64,000 nt of DNA from Acidimicrobiia bacterium (GTDB lineage: Bacteria > Actinomycetota > Acidimicrobiia > Spongiisociales > ZC4RG35), in assembly GCA_028285585.1 (NCBI GenBank), contig JANQOU010000006.1:593881-657880 (forward strand). Reading direction: 5' to 3'. Numbering within the stretch: the stretch's first letter is position 1; every line of letters begins with the position of its first letter. The notes beneath the pieces were generated by a model, which searched no databases, was not told where the DNA came from, and worked only from the letters and a program-made list of their open reading frames with translations. Of this stretch, positions 28,347 through 38,943 are shown in pieces. The position numbers and the translations under genes were made by a program.

Positions 28347-29468
28347 TCAGTCGCCGAGGGCAATCCCCAACTCGCGGGCAGCTCTCACCCAGACATGGTC
28401 CACCGGCACCGACTTGGTGATGCCGGCGACTTTCTTGAGCGGGACTGGCTCGGTCTCCTCTCCCCGAGAGGCGACCATCACTCCGTGGATCCCTTCGGCG
28501 ATGTAATTGGTGGCGGCCGCGCCGAGCCGGGTGGCCAGCAGCCGGTCCGCTGCGGTGGGTGTGCCACCCCGCTGTACATGCCCGAGGATGGTGATCCGGG
28601 ATTCGAGCCCGGTGAGCCCGGCTAGTGTCGAGGCGAGCTGGCTGGTCCCGCCGACCCGGGTCTTGTCGAACTCCTTCAACTTCTTCTTCAGCTCTTTTCG
28701 CTGGCGGCCCTGGGAGTTGCCGATGTGCTCCACCATGGACTGCCGAATCGAAGCGTCGTCTTTCGAGATCGCCCCTTCGGCGACGGCAACGATGGAGAAG
28801 CTGCTTCCACCGTCGCGGCGGGCCGAGATGGAGGAGGCGACTGCCTCCACGTCGTAAGGGATCTCCGGGATGAGGATCACGTCCGCTCCGCCGGCAAGGC
28901 CTGCGCCCAGTGCCAGCCAGCCGACGTCGTGACCCATCAGCTCGACAACCATGATCCGGTGGTGTGAGTGAGCTGTTGAGTGCAGCCTGTCGATCGCGTC
29001 GGTGGCGATCGTCACCGCGGTGTCGAACCCGAAGGTGACGTCGGTGCCGGAGACGTCGTTGTCGATGGTCTTGGGCAAGGCAATCACCGGGATCCCGGCG
29101 TCTTCGAGCTTGAGCCCGTTTCGCATCGTCCCGTCACCACCCAGGCAGACCAACGCCTCCAGCTCGTGTTGTTCCACGACTTCCCTCATCAAGGGGCGCA
29201 TGTCGCGGATCGACCCGTCACCCATGTCCATCTTGTCGACCTTGGCGCGGCTGGTCCCGAGAACCGTCCCGCCTCTGGTGAGGATCCCGGAGAGGTCTTC
29301 AGACTCCAGCTCCACGAACCTGTTCTGCATCAGGCCTTGAAACCCGTCGAGAAACCCGAGAACTCTCATCGAGTGCGCCCGTTGTGCCGACTTGCCTACG
29401 GCCCTGATCGCCGCATTGAGACCGGGGCTGTCGCCGCCCGCGGTGAGAATTCCGATCGTTCGCTTCAC
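28347..29468 (-). CDS. 6-phosphofructokinase (ATP- or PPi-dependent)
   Basis: [31 protein letters not shown] motifs. Confidence 0.85.
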   Translation of the reverse strand: MKRTIGILTAGGDSPGLNAAIRAVGKSAQRAHSMRVLGFLDGFQGLMQNRFVELESEDLSGILTRGGTVLGTSRAKVDKMDMGDGSIRDMRPLMREVVEQHELEALVCLGGDGTMRNGLKLEDAGIPVIALPKTIDNDVSGTDVTFGFDTAVTIATDAIDRLHSTAHSHHRIMVVELMGHDVGWLALGAGLAGGADVILIPEIPYDVEAVASSISARRDGGSSFSIVAVAEGAISKDDASIRQSMVEHIGNSQGRQRKELKKKLKEFDKTRVGGTSQLASTLAGLTGLESRITILGHVQRGGTPTAADRLLATRLGAAATNYIAEGIHGVMVASRGEETEPVPLKKVAGITKSVPVDHVWVRAARELGIALGD

Positions 29469-29498
29469 AGTCCGATGGTATCCCGCTCGATCGGGGCT

Positions 29499-31646
29499 TC
29501 AGCCGGCCAACGCGGAGGGGATCGCACCCTTGAAGAGATCGGCCGCCTCGGCCACGTTCAACTCGGCACCGTTCACCCGGATGGTGTTACCACCAATGGT
29601 GCCGATCTTCCGGGCGCTCGCGGACTCACCGATCACCCCTGGGTCGGTCACGGCCAGGAAGCGATGGGGGTCCTCGGAGAAAGGCTCGTCGGTGGTGACA
29701 TCGGCACCGACACCGGAAGCGATGCAGATTTCGGCCAGGGTCACGGCCAACCCGCCGTCTGAGATGTCGTGAAGCACCGCCGCCTGTCCTGCGAGGCCCA
29801 GTGCTGTCTCGACGGAGGAGAGGCCCGCCGCGATATCAGGAGGAGTAGGGCGTCCGGTGAGCCGGTTCTCGACCATCTTCTGAAGCGCGGACCCGGCGAG
29901 GTTGCTCGTGGCAGGCGGTCCCAACTCCCAAACCTCCATTCCTGCTCGGGCTGAGCCGAGCCTGGGGATGATGGCTGGGACCGGGTCGGCGAGACCGAGC
30001 AGGCCCACCACCGGGGTGGGATGGATGTCGACACCGTCGGTCTCGTTGTAGAAGGAGACGTTGCCGCCGACGACCGGGATTCCGAGGGCCTCGCAAGCCT
30101 CCGAGATTCCCTCGACCGTCTCGGTGAACTGCCACATCACCTCTGGTTTCTCGGGGTTGCCGAAGTTGAGGTTGTCGACCAGAGCCATCGGTCTCGCACC
30201 TGTCACGGCGACGTTGAGTGCCGCCTCCCACACCAGCCGCGCCGCGCCCCCTCTGGGGTCGAGGTAGCAGAGCCTGCCGTTGCCATCGGTGGACACTGAT
30301 AGTGCTTTCTCGGTGCCTTTGATTCGAAGCAGGCTGCCGTCGCTGCCCGGGCCGACGACGGTGTTGAGGAAGAGCATGTGGTCGTACTGCTCGTGAATCC
30401 AGGCCGATGAGCCGATGCCAGGCTGCGCCAGGAGACCGGCCAGCGCACCGGCGACGTCGGTCACTTCAACGGCGGGCTCGGTGGCCCAGATCTCTTCGAT
30501 CCACGGGGGCTTCTCTGCCGGCCGGTTGTAGAGAGGAGCGTCGTCGGCCAGGGAAGCGGCCGGGATCTCGGCCACGAGCTCGTCCTGATAGCGGACGGTC
30601 AGGGTGGAGCCGTCTTTGACTTCGCCGATCACGGCGGAGTCGATCTCCCATTTGGATGCGATGGCCAGGACCTCGTCGACCTTGTCGACGGTGACGAAGG
30701 CCATCATTCGCTCCTGCGACTCGGACATCAGCAGCTCCGGTGCCGTCATCCCGCTCTCCCTGGTGTGCACCTGATCGAGGTCGACATCCATGCCGACCCC
30801 GGCGCGGCCGGCCGGCTCCGATGTCGCGCAACTCAGCCCGGCGGCACCGAGATCCTGAACCCCGACGACCAAGCCTTTCTCGTAGAGCTCGAGACACGCC
30901 TCGATGAGCTTCTTCTCTTCGAACGGATCGCCCACCTGCACCGAAGGCCTCTTGTCCTGGGACTCGTCGTCGAACGAGGCCGATGCGAGGACAGAAGCCC
31001 CGCCGATGCCGTCACGACCCGTCGCCTTGCCGAGCAGGACCGCAATCGTCCCCGGCTCTCCGGCCGTGCCCAGCACCAGCTGCTCTCGCCGCAAGAGCCC
31101 GAGGCACATCACGTTGACCAGCGGGTTTCCGGTGTAACAGTCGTCGAACTCGACCTCACCGCCCACAGTCGGCACTCCCACGGCGTTGCCGTAGCCGGCG
31201 ATCCCGGACACCACGCCTTTGAAGAGGTAGCGGTTCTTCGGCTCGCTCAACGGCCCGAATCGGATCTGGTCCCACAGGGCGATCGGCCGAGCTCCCATCG
31301 TGAAGACGTCGCGGAGGATCCCGCCGACACCGGTGGCAGCGCCTTCATAGGGCTCGACGAATGAGGGGTGGTTGTGGCTCTCGATTCGCAGAGCGGCCAG
31401 CCAGCCATCGCCTATGTCGACAACTCCTGCGTTCTCACCTGGGCCGACCACCACCCACGGGGCGTCAGTCGGGAAGCGTCCCAGGTGAGCCCGGGAGGAT
31501 TTGTAGGAGCAATGCTCGGACCACATCACCGAGTACATGGCAAGCTCGGCCGCTCGGGGCTCTCGTCCCAAGATGCCAACGACCGACTCGAATTCCTCGT
31601 CGGTCATCCCGAGCTGGCGATGCAACGGCTCCTGCACCGTGGTCAC
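29499..31646 (-). CDS. purL: phosphoribosylformylglycinamidine synthase subunit PurL
   Basis: 715 aa; [11 protein letters not shown] motif; tandem AIR-synthase-related domains. Confidence 0.9.
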   Translation of the reverse strand: MTTVQEPLHRQLGMTDEEFESVVGILGREPRAAELAMYSVMWSEHCSYKSSRAHLGRFPTDAPWVVVGPGENAGVVDIGDGWLAALRIESHNHPSFVEPYEGAATGVGGILRDVFTMGARPIALWDQIRFGPLSEPKNRYLFKGVVSGIAGYGNAVGVPTVGGEVEFDDCYTGNPLVNVMCLGLLRREQLVLGTAGEPGTIAVLLGKATGRDGIGGASVLASASFDDESQDKRPSVQVGDPFEEKKLIEACLELYEKGLVVGVQDLGAAGLSCATSEPAGRAGVGMDVDLDQVHTRESGMTAPELLMSESQERMMAFVTVDKVDEVLAIASKWEIDSAVIGEVKDGSTLTVRYQDELVAEIPAASLADDAPLYNRPAEKPPWIEEIWATEPAVEVTDVAGALAGLLAQPGIGSSAWIHEQYDHMLFLNTVVGPGSDGSLLRIKGTEKALSVSTDGNGRLCYLDPRGGAARLVWEAALNVAVTGARPMALVDNLNFGNPEKPEVMWQFTETVEGISEACEALGIPVVGGNVSFYNETDGVDIHPTPVVGLLGLADPVPAIIPRLGSARAGMEVWELGPPATSNLAGSALQKMVENRLTGRPTPPDIAAGLSSVETALGLAGQAAVLHDISDGGLAVTLAEICIASGVGADVTTDEPFSEDPHRFLAVTDPGVIGESASARKIGTIGGNTIRVNGAELNVAEAADLFKGAIPSALAG

Positions 31647-32287
31647 GCCGGCACCAGCGATCCGAGGAAGCTTTCGAGCAGCACGTTGCCGTCGGTTGAT
31701 CCGAGCAGGTCATCGATGGCCCGTTCCGGATGCGGCATGATCCCGGCGACGTTGCCGGCCTCGTTGCTGATGGCCGCTGCCCGGTCCTGCGATCCATTGG
31801 GGTCGTCGACGTATCGCAGAGCGACCCTGCCGGTCCCTGTGGGGTCCACCCAGTTGCCCTCGTAGGAGTTGAGCGGGATTCGCAGCCTCTGGCCGACCTC
31901 GGCCGACCTAGTCAGGATGGTGTCAGTCGTTGCCACTTCCGTGTCGACGAACCTGCAAATGAAGGAGAGATCCCGGTTGGCGATGTGAGCACCGGGAAGC
32001 AACCCTGCCTCACAGAGCATCTGCCATCCGTTGCAGATGCCGAGCACGGGGCTTCCTTCGCCGGCGAGCCGCTCTACCTCGCTCATCGCCGGGGAGAATC
32101 TGGCGATGGCGCCGGTGCGCAAGGCGTCTCCGTGGGCAAACCCACCGGGCAGAACCACTCCGTCCAGTCCTGAGAGATCGGTGTCGCGATGCCAGACCAG
32201 CTCCGCCTCACCGCCCAGCGCCTCTATGGCGTGCACGACGTCGTGCTCACAGTTGACGCCGGGGAAGACGATGACACCTGCTCTCAT
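31643..32287 (-). CDS. purQ: phosphoribosylformylglycinamidine synthase glutaminase subunit PurQ
   Basis: Class I glutamine amidotransferase; start at [14 protein letters not shown] gives ATGA overlap with purS. Confidence 0.85.
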   Translation of the reverse strand: MRAGVIVFPGVNCEHDVVHAIEALGGEAELVWHRDTDLSGLDGVVLPGGFAHGDALRTGAIARFSPAMSEVERLAGEGSPVLGICNGWQMLCEAGLLPGAHIANRDLSFICRFVDTEVATTDTILTRSAEVGQRLRIPLNSYEGNWVDPTGTGRVALRYVDDPNGSQDRAAAISNEAGNVAGIMPHPERAIDDLLGSTDGNVLLESFLGSLVPA

Positions 32288-32526
32288 GCGTCTACGTGAA
32301 CCTCGAAGTCCTCGAGCACTGGGTTGGCCAGGAGTTGCTTGCACATCTCCTCGACTCTTGCTTTGACCTCGACCGGGTCGTCCGAGTCGATCTCGAGATG
32401 AATGACACGGTCCATGCGCACCGAGACGGTGTCAGTGAAGCCCAGCTCGTGCAGGGCTTTCTTGACGGTCGTCCCCTCGGGGTCGGCGATCTCCGGCCGC
32501 CGGTCGATGGTCACCGTCACTTTCAT
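32284..32526 (-). CDS. purS: phosphoribosylformylglycinamidine synthase subunit PurS
   Basis: 80 aa; MKVTVTI...DPEG pattern; ATGA overlaps. Confidence 0.85.
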   Translation of the reverse strand: MKVTVTIDRRPEIADPEGTTVKKALHELGFTDTVSVRMDRVIHLEIDSDDPVEVKARVEEMCKQLLANPVLEDFEVHVDA

Positions 32527-33449
32527 GAGCGGGCTCCAGCCAAGGAGTCTTTGAAGCTCCCTCCGGTGATTCGCTCATAAGCCTCGATGTAGCGGCTTCG
32601 CGTCCCTGCCACGATCTCGTCGGGGAGGTCAGGTGGGGGCGGCTCCTTGTCCCAAGGCTGTTGCTCCAGCCACTCGCGGACATATTGCTTGTCGTACGAA
32701 GGCACCTCCTGGCCGGGTGCCCACTGATCTGCCGGCCAGTAGCGGGAGGAGTCCGGTGTGAGCACCTCGTCGATCAGCAGGATCTCGTCATCGGACCATC
32801 CGAACTCGAACTTGGTGTCGGCGAGGATCACTCCCCGGTCTGCTGCGTATTCGGCAGCTTGGTTGTAGATCGCCATCGATCGTTGCCTCAACTCCTCGTA
32901 TACGTCGTCGCCCAGGATCTCCCGGGTCTCTGTCTCGGTGATGTTCTCGTCATGACCCGTCTCTGCTTTGGTCGCCGGGGTGAAGATCGGCTCATCGAGC
33001 TTGTCGGCGAGTTGGAGGCCCTCGGGCAGATGCTCGGTGGTCGGCCCACCGCCGTCCCGATACTCGCGCCAGGAGGAGCCGTATAGGTATCCCCGTATCA
33101 CACACTCGACCGGTATCACGTCTGCTTTCTTGACAACCATGGCCCGCCCGGCGAGGTCTTCGGCGTCCTCCTCGTCGAGACCGTCGACCTGAGTCAGGTC
33201 GGTGCTCACCAGGTGATTTGGCACATCATCCATCAGGTCGAAGAAGTGCAGGCTCAACCCGGTGAGGACCCGGCCCTTGTCGGGAATCGTCTGAGTCATG
33301 ATGACGTCGTAGGCGGAGATGCGGTCGGTCGCTACGAAGAGGAGGTGATGGTCGTCCACTTCGTAGATCTCCCTGACTTTTCCGGAGGCGATGTGCGGGA
33401 GATCGGGCACGTCGCGCAGAGTAGTGCTGCCGGAGTTCGGTGCGAGCAC
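32523..33449 (-). CDS. purC: phosphoribosylaminoimidazole-succinocarboxamide synthase
   Basis: LPHIASGKVREIYEV N-terminal motif, DTKFEFG; GTG start at 33449 chosen (upstream ORF extension is non-homologous). Confidence 0.85.
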   Translation of the reverse strand: MLAPNSGSTTLRDVPDLPHIASGKVREIYEVDDHHLLFVATDRISAYDVIMTQTIPDKGRVLTGLSLHFFDLMDDVPNHLVSTDLTQVDGLDEEDAEDLAGRAMVVKKADVIPVECVIRGYLYGSSWREYRDGGGPTTEHLPEGLQLADKLDEPIFTPATKAETGHDENITETETREILGDDVYEELRQRSMAIYNQAAEYAADRGVILADTKFEFGWSDDEILLIDEVLTPDSSRYWPADQWAPGQEVPSYDKQYVREWLEQQPWDKEPPPPDLPDEIVAGTRSRYIEAYERITGGSFKDSLAGARS

Positions 33450-33467
33450 ACGTTTAGATTTCGGCAG

Positions 33468-33869
33468 ATGGTGTTCGAAGAGGGTCGTGTCAGGGCACTT
33501 CTGACCGCCGATCGGTACTCGTCGGCGTTGGGGATCGAGGTCGACGAGGTGAGCGACGACCGTCTGGTCGTCTCGCTCGAACTGGAGAACAGGCACACCA
33601 ACTTCTACGACACGGGCCACGGGGGCTTGGTCTTCTTGCTGGCCGACTGTGCTCTCGCGCTGGCTTCGAACTCGGACTACGAGAAGGCGGTGGCCGTGGA
33701 TGCGCACATCGCTTTCACCGCACCGGCGAGAGTGGGAGACCGGCTCCGAGCCTCGGTGTCCAGGGTCTCGGCCAGCAGCAAGTTGGCGACCTATCTCGTC
33801 GAAGTGACCCGCGACGATGGCGTCGTCTGCTCCAGCTTCACCGGCACCGTCTACATCGCCACGGCCTAG
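33468..33869 (+). CDS. PaaI-family hotdog-fold thioesterase
   Basis: HGGLVFLLADCALALASN motif typical of PaaI/4HBT thioesterases; divergent from purC. Confidence 0.6.
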   Translation: MVFEEGRVRALLTADRYSSALGIEVDEVSDDRLVVSLELENRHTNFYDTGHGGLVFLLADCALALASNSDYEKAVAVDAHIAFTAPARVGDRLRASVSRVSASSKLATYLVEVTRDDGVVCSSFTGTVYIATA

Positions 33870-33898
33870 ACACCTTCACCTTTTAAATTGACAGGGCT

Positions 33899-35005
33899 TT
33901 GGCCTTGATCAAGTACGTCGTGTTTCACCCCTGGAAAGCGACGACAACGGTGGTTTTGGGGGTGATCCTGGGGTTGTTCTCCTTCTACGCCTATCAGGTG
34001 AACACGGCGCTCGGTGTTGTCGCCACCGAGTCATTCAACCCGGTGGAGGCCAGACAGGCGATACTTGCTGCACCCGCGGTTGAAGTCACCCCAACCACGA
34101 TTCAGCTCGACTACGACGAGCCGGCTTTCGATGTCAACGAGGATCCGCTGGCGCTCATCGACGAGTCTTATGGAGCCGAGGTCAACCCGGCGGAGATCTT
34201 CCCGACGGCGATCAGTGAGCCGATCCCCGACGATATTTTTGACGCCTACTTGCTGCTCGGCACCGATGCTTCCGGGTTCCTGGCCGATTCGATCATCCTC
34301 GGGCTACAGCCAAGGGCAGGCGGTTCGCCGATCATGGTCAGCCTTCCCCGCGACCTCTGGGTGTGGAACATGTGCCGGCAGGCTTTCAGCCGTCTCAACG
34401 AGGGCCTCGGCGGGTGCAAAGGGGTGGCTTCAGGCCCCGAGCTGATGGCGATCATGGTCGAGGACTACACCGGGATCCCCATCGATCACCTGGCCCGAAT
34501 CAACTTCCAAGGCTTTGCCGGCCTGGTCGATGTGATGGGTGGGATCTCGGTCTGTGTCGACTACCCAACCCGTGATGAGCGATCGCATCTCGACATCCCG
34601 GCCGGCTGCCAGCAGTTGGACGGCGAGCAGGCTCTGGCTTGGGTGAGGTCCCGGTCAACTGAGCAGTTGCAGGGTGAGGAGTGGGTCAGGGTCGCCGGAT
34701 CCGACTTCGTCAGGCAGAAGCGGCAGCAAGACGTCCTGTTCCAGTTGGCCGGCTCGGCGGCACGGGTGTCCTCGCCTGGAGCGCTCACCGACGCTCTGGC
34801 TCACATCGCCAAGACAGTCCGGCTCGATTCCAATTGGACGTTCGGGCAGGCGATCTCGACCGGTTGGAAGTATCGAGGGATCACGAGGTCGGAAGTTCGC
34901 CGGTTCTCGATTCAGACCAGCGGGTACCGCACCGCCCGTGGTGCGGCCGTCCTGCTCTCAGACGCAACTTTCGGCGAGCAGTTGTCGTCGGTCTGGTCCG
35001 GCTGA
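33899..35005 (+). CDS. LytR-CpsA-Psr (LCP) family cell-wall glycopolymer transferase
   Basis: N-terminal TM anchor, LCP domain with LLLGTDA and conserved Arg residues. Confidence 0.7.
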   Translation: MALIKYVVFHPWKATTTVVLGVILGLFSFYAYQVNTALGVVATESFNPVEARQAILAAPAVEVTPTTIQLDYDEPAFDVNEDPLALIDESYGAEVNPAEIFPTAISEPIPDDIFDAYLLLGTDASGFLADSIILGLQPRAGGSPIMVSLPRDLWVWNMCRQAFSRLNEGLGGCKGVASGPELMAIMVEDYTGIPIDHLARINFQGFAGLVDVMGGISVCVDYPTRDERSHLDIPAGCQQLDGEQALAWVRSRSTEQLQGEEWVRVAGSDFVRQKRQQDVLFQLAGSAARVSSPGALTDALAHIAKTVRLDSNWTFGQAISTGWKYRGITRSEVRRFSIQTSGYRTARGAAVLLSDATFGEQLSSVWSG

Positions 35006-35014
35006 CCCCGTCCC

Positions 35015-35069
35015 CCCTTGTGCGTGTGCAGAAAGGAGTACTCCGTACTCCTTTCTGCACACGCAGGGG
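35015..35069. terminator. very long near-perfect hairpin (about 24-bp stem, 3-nt loop) between convergent LCP and purB genes; bidirectional terminator candidate lacking a U-tract
   Basis: CCCCTTGTGCGTGTGCAGAAAGGAGTAC-TCC-GTACTCCTTTCTGCACACGCAGGGG read from sequence. Confidence 0.5.
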
Positions 35070-35094
35070 AGCGCACACAACAACGAGAAGAGGG

Positions 35095-36390
35095 TTAGCC
35101 CAGTTGGCTCAAGCGCTCGAAGACGGGAGCACTGGTGTCGAGGATGCGGCTGAGGTCGAAGCAGGCGTCCAACTCTTCACTTGACAGCTGCACGTTCTCG
35201 TCATCAGCCAGGAGCTGTCGCAGCGCGCCTTCGCCGTTCCACGCTGCCATCGCGTTGCGCTGAACGATGCGATATGCCTCGTCACGGCTCAGGCCACTCT
35301 CGACGAGGGCAAGCAAGACCGCTTGGCTGAAGATGAGCCCGTTGGTCGACTCGATGTTGGCCGCCATCCGATCCTCATCGACCACCAGCCCGTCGACCAG
35401 GCCGGTGAACTTCACCAGCATGTAGTGCAGCACTGTGGAAGCGTCGGCGAGCACGACCCGCTCTGCCGAGGAGTGAGATATGTCTCGTTCATGCCAGAGG
35501 GCGACGTTCTCCAGCCCCACCTGGGCATATCCGCGTAGCAGCCGTGCCATCCCCGTCATCCGCTCCGAGAGGATGGGGTTGCGTTTATGCGGCATCGCCG
35601 AAGATCCCTTCTGACCCTTGCCGAACGACTCCCGCGCTTCGCCAACTTCGGATCTCTGAAGATGACGCACTTCGGTGGCCATGCGCTCGATCGACGCGCC
35701 TACCAGGGCAACAGTCGACAGGTACTGGGCATGGCGATCCCGCGCAGTTACCTGGGTCGACGCCGGTTCCACCGCCAGCCCGAGGCTGGCGCAGACCGAA
35801 GCCTCGATGTCGGTAGAGACATGGGCGTAGGTGCCGACGGCGCCCGAGATCTTGCCCACGGTCACGGCAGTTCGAGCGTCTTCCAGCCGGTGGCGGTCGC
35901 GGTCCAGCTCGAAGGCCCAGCCAGCCAGCTTCAGCCCGAAAGTGGTCGGCTCCGCCCAGATGCCGTGGGTACGGCCGATCATGTAGGTGGAGCGGTGTTC
36001 GACTGCCTTGGCCTTCACCACATCGAAGAGAGCGGCCAGGGCGTCCAACAGGAGGTCGGCTGAATCTCTGAGCAACAGGCCTCCGGCGGTGTCGACGACA
36101 TCGGACGAGGTCAGCCCGTAGTGGATCCACCCGGACGCCGGTGACCCGGTATTGGTGCCGAGCACGTCGACGAACGCAGCCAGGTCGTGGTTGGTGACTG
36201 CCTCGCGTTCTGCGACTTCGTCAGGCGTCGGACAGGCTGCCGAGCGGGTCTGCTCGGCCACTCCCTCAGGAGCTGTGCCCTGGCTCTCGAAAGCCTCTAA
36301 GGCTGCGACCTCAACCGCCTTCCACGACTCGAACTTGTGGGAGTCCGACCAGATGGAGCCCATCTCGGGAAGGGTGTAACGCTCGATCAC
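35095..36390 (-). CDS. purB: adenylosuccinate lyase
   Basis: 431 aa; fumarase/aspartase family signature GSSAMPHKRNP. Confidence 0.9.
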   Translation of the reverse strand: MIERYTLPEMGSIWSDSHKFESWKAVEVAALEAFESQGTAPEGVAEQTRSAACPTPDEVAEREAVTNHDLAAFVDVLGTNTGSPASGWIHYGLTSSDVVDTAGGLLLRDSADLLLDALAALFDVVKAKAVEHRSTYMIGRTHGIWAEPTTFGLKLAGWAFELDRDRHRLEDARTAVTVGKISGAVGTYAHVSTDIEASVCASLGLAVEPASTQVTARDRHAQYLSTVALVGASIERMATEVRHLQRSEVGEARESFGKGQKGSSAMPHKRNPILSERMTGMARLLRGYAQVGLENVALWHERDISHSSAERVVLADASTVLHYMLVKFTGLVDGLVVDEDRMAANIESTNGLIFSQAVLLALVESGLSRDEAYRIVQRNAMAAWNGEGALRQLLADDENVQLSSEELDACFDLSRILDTSAPVFERLSQLG

Positions 36391-36428
36391 GGCCCCGATG
36401 ATGCCACGACAGGTACCGTGCCCGGTCG

Positions 36429-37604
36429 ATGCGCCGCCTCAGCCAAGAGCAAGCCCGCCGGTACGCGCTGGCTGCGCAGGGGTTCAACGATCCCCGACCG
36501 GCCGGCCGCAAGGACGTGCGCCATTTCCGCAAGGTCGTCGACCGAGTGCGGCTGATCCAGATCGACTCGGTCAACTACTTCAGCAGGGCCCACTTCATGC
36601 CCTTCTTCTCACGTCTCGGCCCCTACGACCGGGATGCTCTGGACAACTGGCTTTGGCGGTCGGGGGAGATGTACGAGTACTGGGCCCACGAGGCGTCCTT
36701 GATACCCGTGGAAGACCATCGTCTTCATCGCTGGCAGGCGCAGCGCGGCGACAGATGGAAGTCGATGCAGGAGTTCAAGAAGAAGGAGCCTGGCTATCTC
36801 GAAGACGTTTACCGGCAGGTGGAGGCTCGGGGACCGATCCAGACCAGTGAGCTGGAGGACGCCGGTGCCCGGCCTGGCACCTCGATGTGGAATTGGAACA
36901 CGGGAAAGCTGGCTCTCGAGATCCTGTTCCTGGAGGGGAAGGTGACCGCTGCCGACCGGCCCAACTTCACCCGCATGTACGACCTTCCCGAGCGGGTGAT
37001 AGCGAGCCGGCATCTGGATGCGCCGGATCTTCCCGTCGCCGAAGCCCAGACGGCTTTGTTGGACCAGGCGGCGCTGGCGATGGGAGTTGCCACCGCCGAG
37101 GACCTCGCCGACTACTACCGGATCAGGATGCCGGAGGCGCGGCCGTTGATCGCGGCGATGGTCGAGCGTGGCGAGCTGGCCGAAGTCGAAGTGGAGGGCT
37201 GGCCAAAGAGCGCTTACCTGCATCCGGAGGCGAAGTTGCCCCGGAGCCGGCGCGGCACTGCCCTGCTCTCACCCTTCGACAACCTGGTCTGGTTCCGTGA
37301 CCGGATGGAGCGGCTCTGGGACTTCCACTACCGGATCGAGATCTATGTTCCCGAGCCGAAACGCATCTTCGGCTACTACGTGCTGCCGTTCCTCCTAGAC
37401 GGTGACCTCGTGGGCCGGGTCGACCTCAAGACCGATCGCCACGAGTCAGTGCTCAGGGTGAAGGGCGCCTTTGCCGAGCCCGGAGTGGACAAGAAAGCAG
37501 TTGGCCGTGCCTTGCGCGAGGAGATCGAGACGATCGCCACTTGGCTGGGGATGGAGGATGTCGAGATCGTCAACAACGGCGATCTCGCGTCGAGTCTCAG
37601 CTGA
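36429..37604 (+). CDS. winged-helix DNA-binding protein of the YcaQ family (interstrand-crosslink DNA glycosylase-like)
   Basis: 391 aa; architecture and conserved W/R-rich segments typical of YcaQ/DUF1006 proteins. Confidence 0.55.
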   Translation: MRRLSQEQARRYALAAQGFNDPRPAGRKDVRHFRKVVDRVRLIQIDSVNYFSRAHFMPFFSRLGPYDRDALDNWLWRSGEMYEYWAHEASLIPVEDHRLHRWQAQRGDRWKSMQEFKKKEPGYLEDVYRQVEARGPIQTSELEDAGARPGTSMWNWNTGKLALEILFLEGKVTAADRPNFTRMYDLPERVIASRHLDAPDLPVAEAQTALLDQAALAMGVATAEDLADYYRIRMPEARPLIAAMVERGELAEVEVEGWPKSAYLHPEAKLPRSRRGTALLSPFDNLVWFRDRMERLWDFHYRIEIYVPEPKRIFGYYVLPFLLDGDLVGRVDLKTDRHESVLRVKGAFAEPGVDKKAVGRALREEIETIATWLGMEDVEIVNNGDLASSLS

Positions 37605-38781
37605 AGGCGTTCAGTCCCGTGATGGACTGGCCCATCATCAGTGTGTGGATCTCGTTGGTGCCCTCGTAGGTGAACACCGTTTCGAGGTTCGACATGTGCC
37701 GGAACACCGGGTACTCGAGGGTGATGCCGTTGGCCCCTAGGACCGAGCGGGCTGTTCTTGCCACGTCAAGGGCGTTGCGCACGTTGTCGAACTTGCCGAA
37801 CGAGATCTGCTCGGGAGTGAGCCTGCCTTCGTCGCGCATCCTGCCCAGATGGAGGGCGAGGATCGTCCCGCGCTGGACCGTGACCATCATCTCCACCAGC
37901 TTGCGCTGGGTGAGCTGGAACGAGGCGATCGGCTGATCGAACTGGACCCGTTCCTTGGCGTAGGCAAGAGCGGTTTCGTAGCACGACCTGGCGGCCCCCA
38001 TGGCGCCGAAGGCGATGCCGAATCTCGCCTCGTTGAGACAGGACAACGGCCCGCGCATCGAAGCCACTCCCGGAAGCACGAAATCGTCGGGCAGCCGCAC
38101 GTTGTCGAAGGTCAGCTCCGAGGTGATCGAGGCGCGTAGCGAGGCCTTCTTCTTGATCTCGGGTGCCTCGAAACCAGGGCTGTCGGAAGGCACGATGAAA
38201 CCCCGGATTCCCTCGTCGGTCCTGGCCCACACCACGGCGATGTCGGCTACGGAGCCGTTGGTGATCCACATCTTGGAGCCGTTGAGGATCCAGTCGCTTC
38301 CGTCCCGCTTGGCGTTGGTCCTCATCGAAGCCGGATCGGATCCCGAGTCCGCCTCGGTGAGCCCGAAGCAGCCGATGACCTCGCCCTTTGCCATGCGGGG
38401 CAGCCACGTCTCCTTCTGCTCCTCCGAGCCGAACTTCCAAATCGGGAACATGGCCAGCGAGCCTTGAACCGAGACGAGAGATCTGATCCCGGAGTCACCG
38501 GCCTCCAACTCGATGGACGCCAGGCCGTAGGCGGTCGCAGATGTGCCCGCACAGCCGTACCCCTCGAGGTGCATGCCGAGCATGCCCAGCTCGCCGAAGT
38601 CTCTCGCAAGCTGTTGGTGAGGGATCGTGCCCTCGTCCCACCAGTCGCCGACGTGTGGGTTGATCTCGTTCTCGACGTAGGACCGCACGGTGTCGCGCAA
38701 CAGCACCTCCTCCTCTGAGAGGAGGGCGTCGATGTCGAGGAAGTCGTGGGGATCGGGTGTGGCGAAGGAAACGTCACTCAT
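37597..38781 (-). CDS. acyl-CoA dehydrogenase (glutaryl-CoA dehydrogenase-like)
   Basis: 394 aa; GLTEADSGSD, WITNG, and C-terminal YEGTNEIHTLMMGQ motifs. Confidence 0.85.
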   Translation of the reverse strand: MSDVSFATPDPHDFLDIDALLSEEEVLLRDTVRSYVENEINPHVGDWWDEGTIPHQQLARDFGELGMLGMHLEGYGCAGTSATAYGLASIELEAGDSGIRSLVSVQGSLAMFPIWKFGSEEQKETWLPRMAKGEVIGCFGLTEADSGSDPASMRTNAKRDGSDWILNGSKMWITNGSVADIAVVWARTDEGIRGFIVPSDSPGFEAPEIKKKASLRASITSELTFDNVRLPDDFVLPGVASMRGPLSCLNEARFGIAFGAMGAARSCYETALAYAKERVQFDQPIASFQLTQRKLVEMMVTVQRGTILALHLGRMRDEGRLTPEQISFGKFDNVRNALDVARTARSVLGANGITLEYPVFRHMSNLETVFTYEGTNEIHTLMMGQSITGLNAFS

Positions 38782-38879
38782 GTCACCCCGATGCTATCGG
38801 CCTGGCGAGCTTTGTCCCCGTCGGTGCCGTCTGGCCGAAGCCCTCTGATCGACAGTCACCTCTCCCGGCGTGTGGGTCG

Positions 38880-38915
38880 CAGATGTTGCGAACTAAGCAG
38901 ATGTTGCGAACTAAA
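38880..38915 (+). repeat. tandem direct repeat 2 x 18 bp CAGATGTTGCGAACTAAG 29 bp upstream of the Kelch-repeat protein gene; candidate regulator-binding iteron
   Basis: two adjacent units, the first 18 nt and the second 17 of 18 (terminal G to A), read from sequence. Confidence 0.5.
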
Positions 38916-38943
38916 TGGCCTTCCCAGACGTCCTATCTAGGGA

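Noticed and set aside
38880-38915. Possible CRISPR-like repeats (this tandem repeat and the palindrome pairs at 17337-17403 and 11416-11464)
   Set aside because: Only two units each, with no spacer-repeat periodicity and no cas genes in the window. They are regulatory or structural repeats, not CRISPR arrays.
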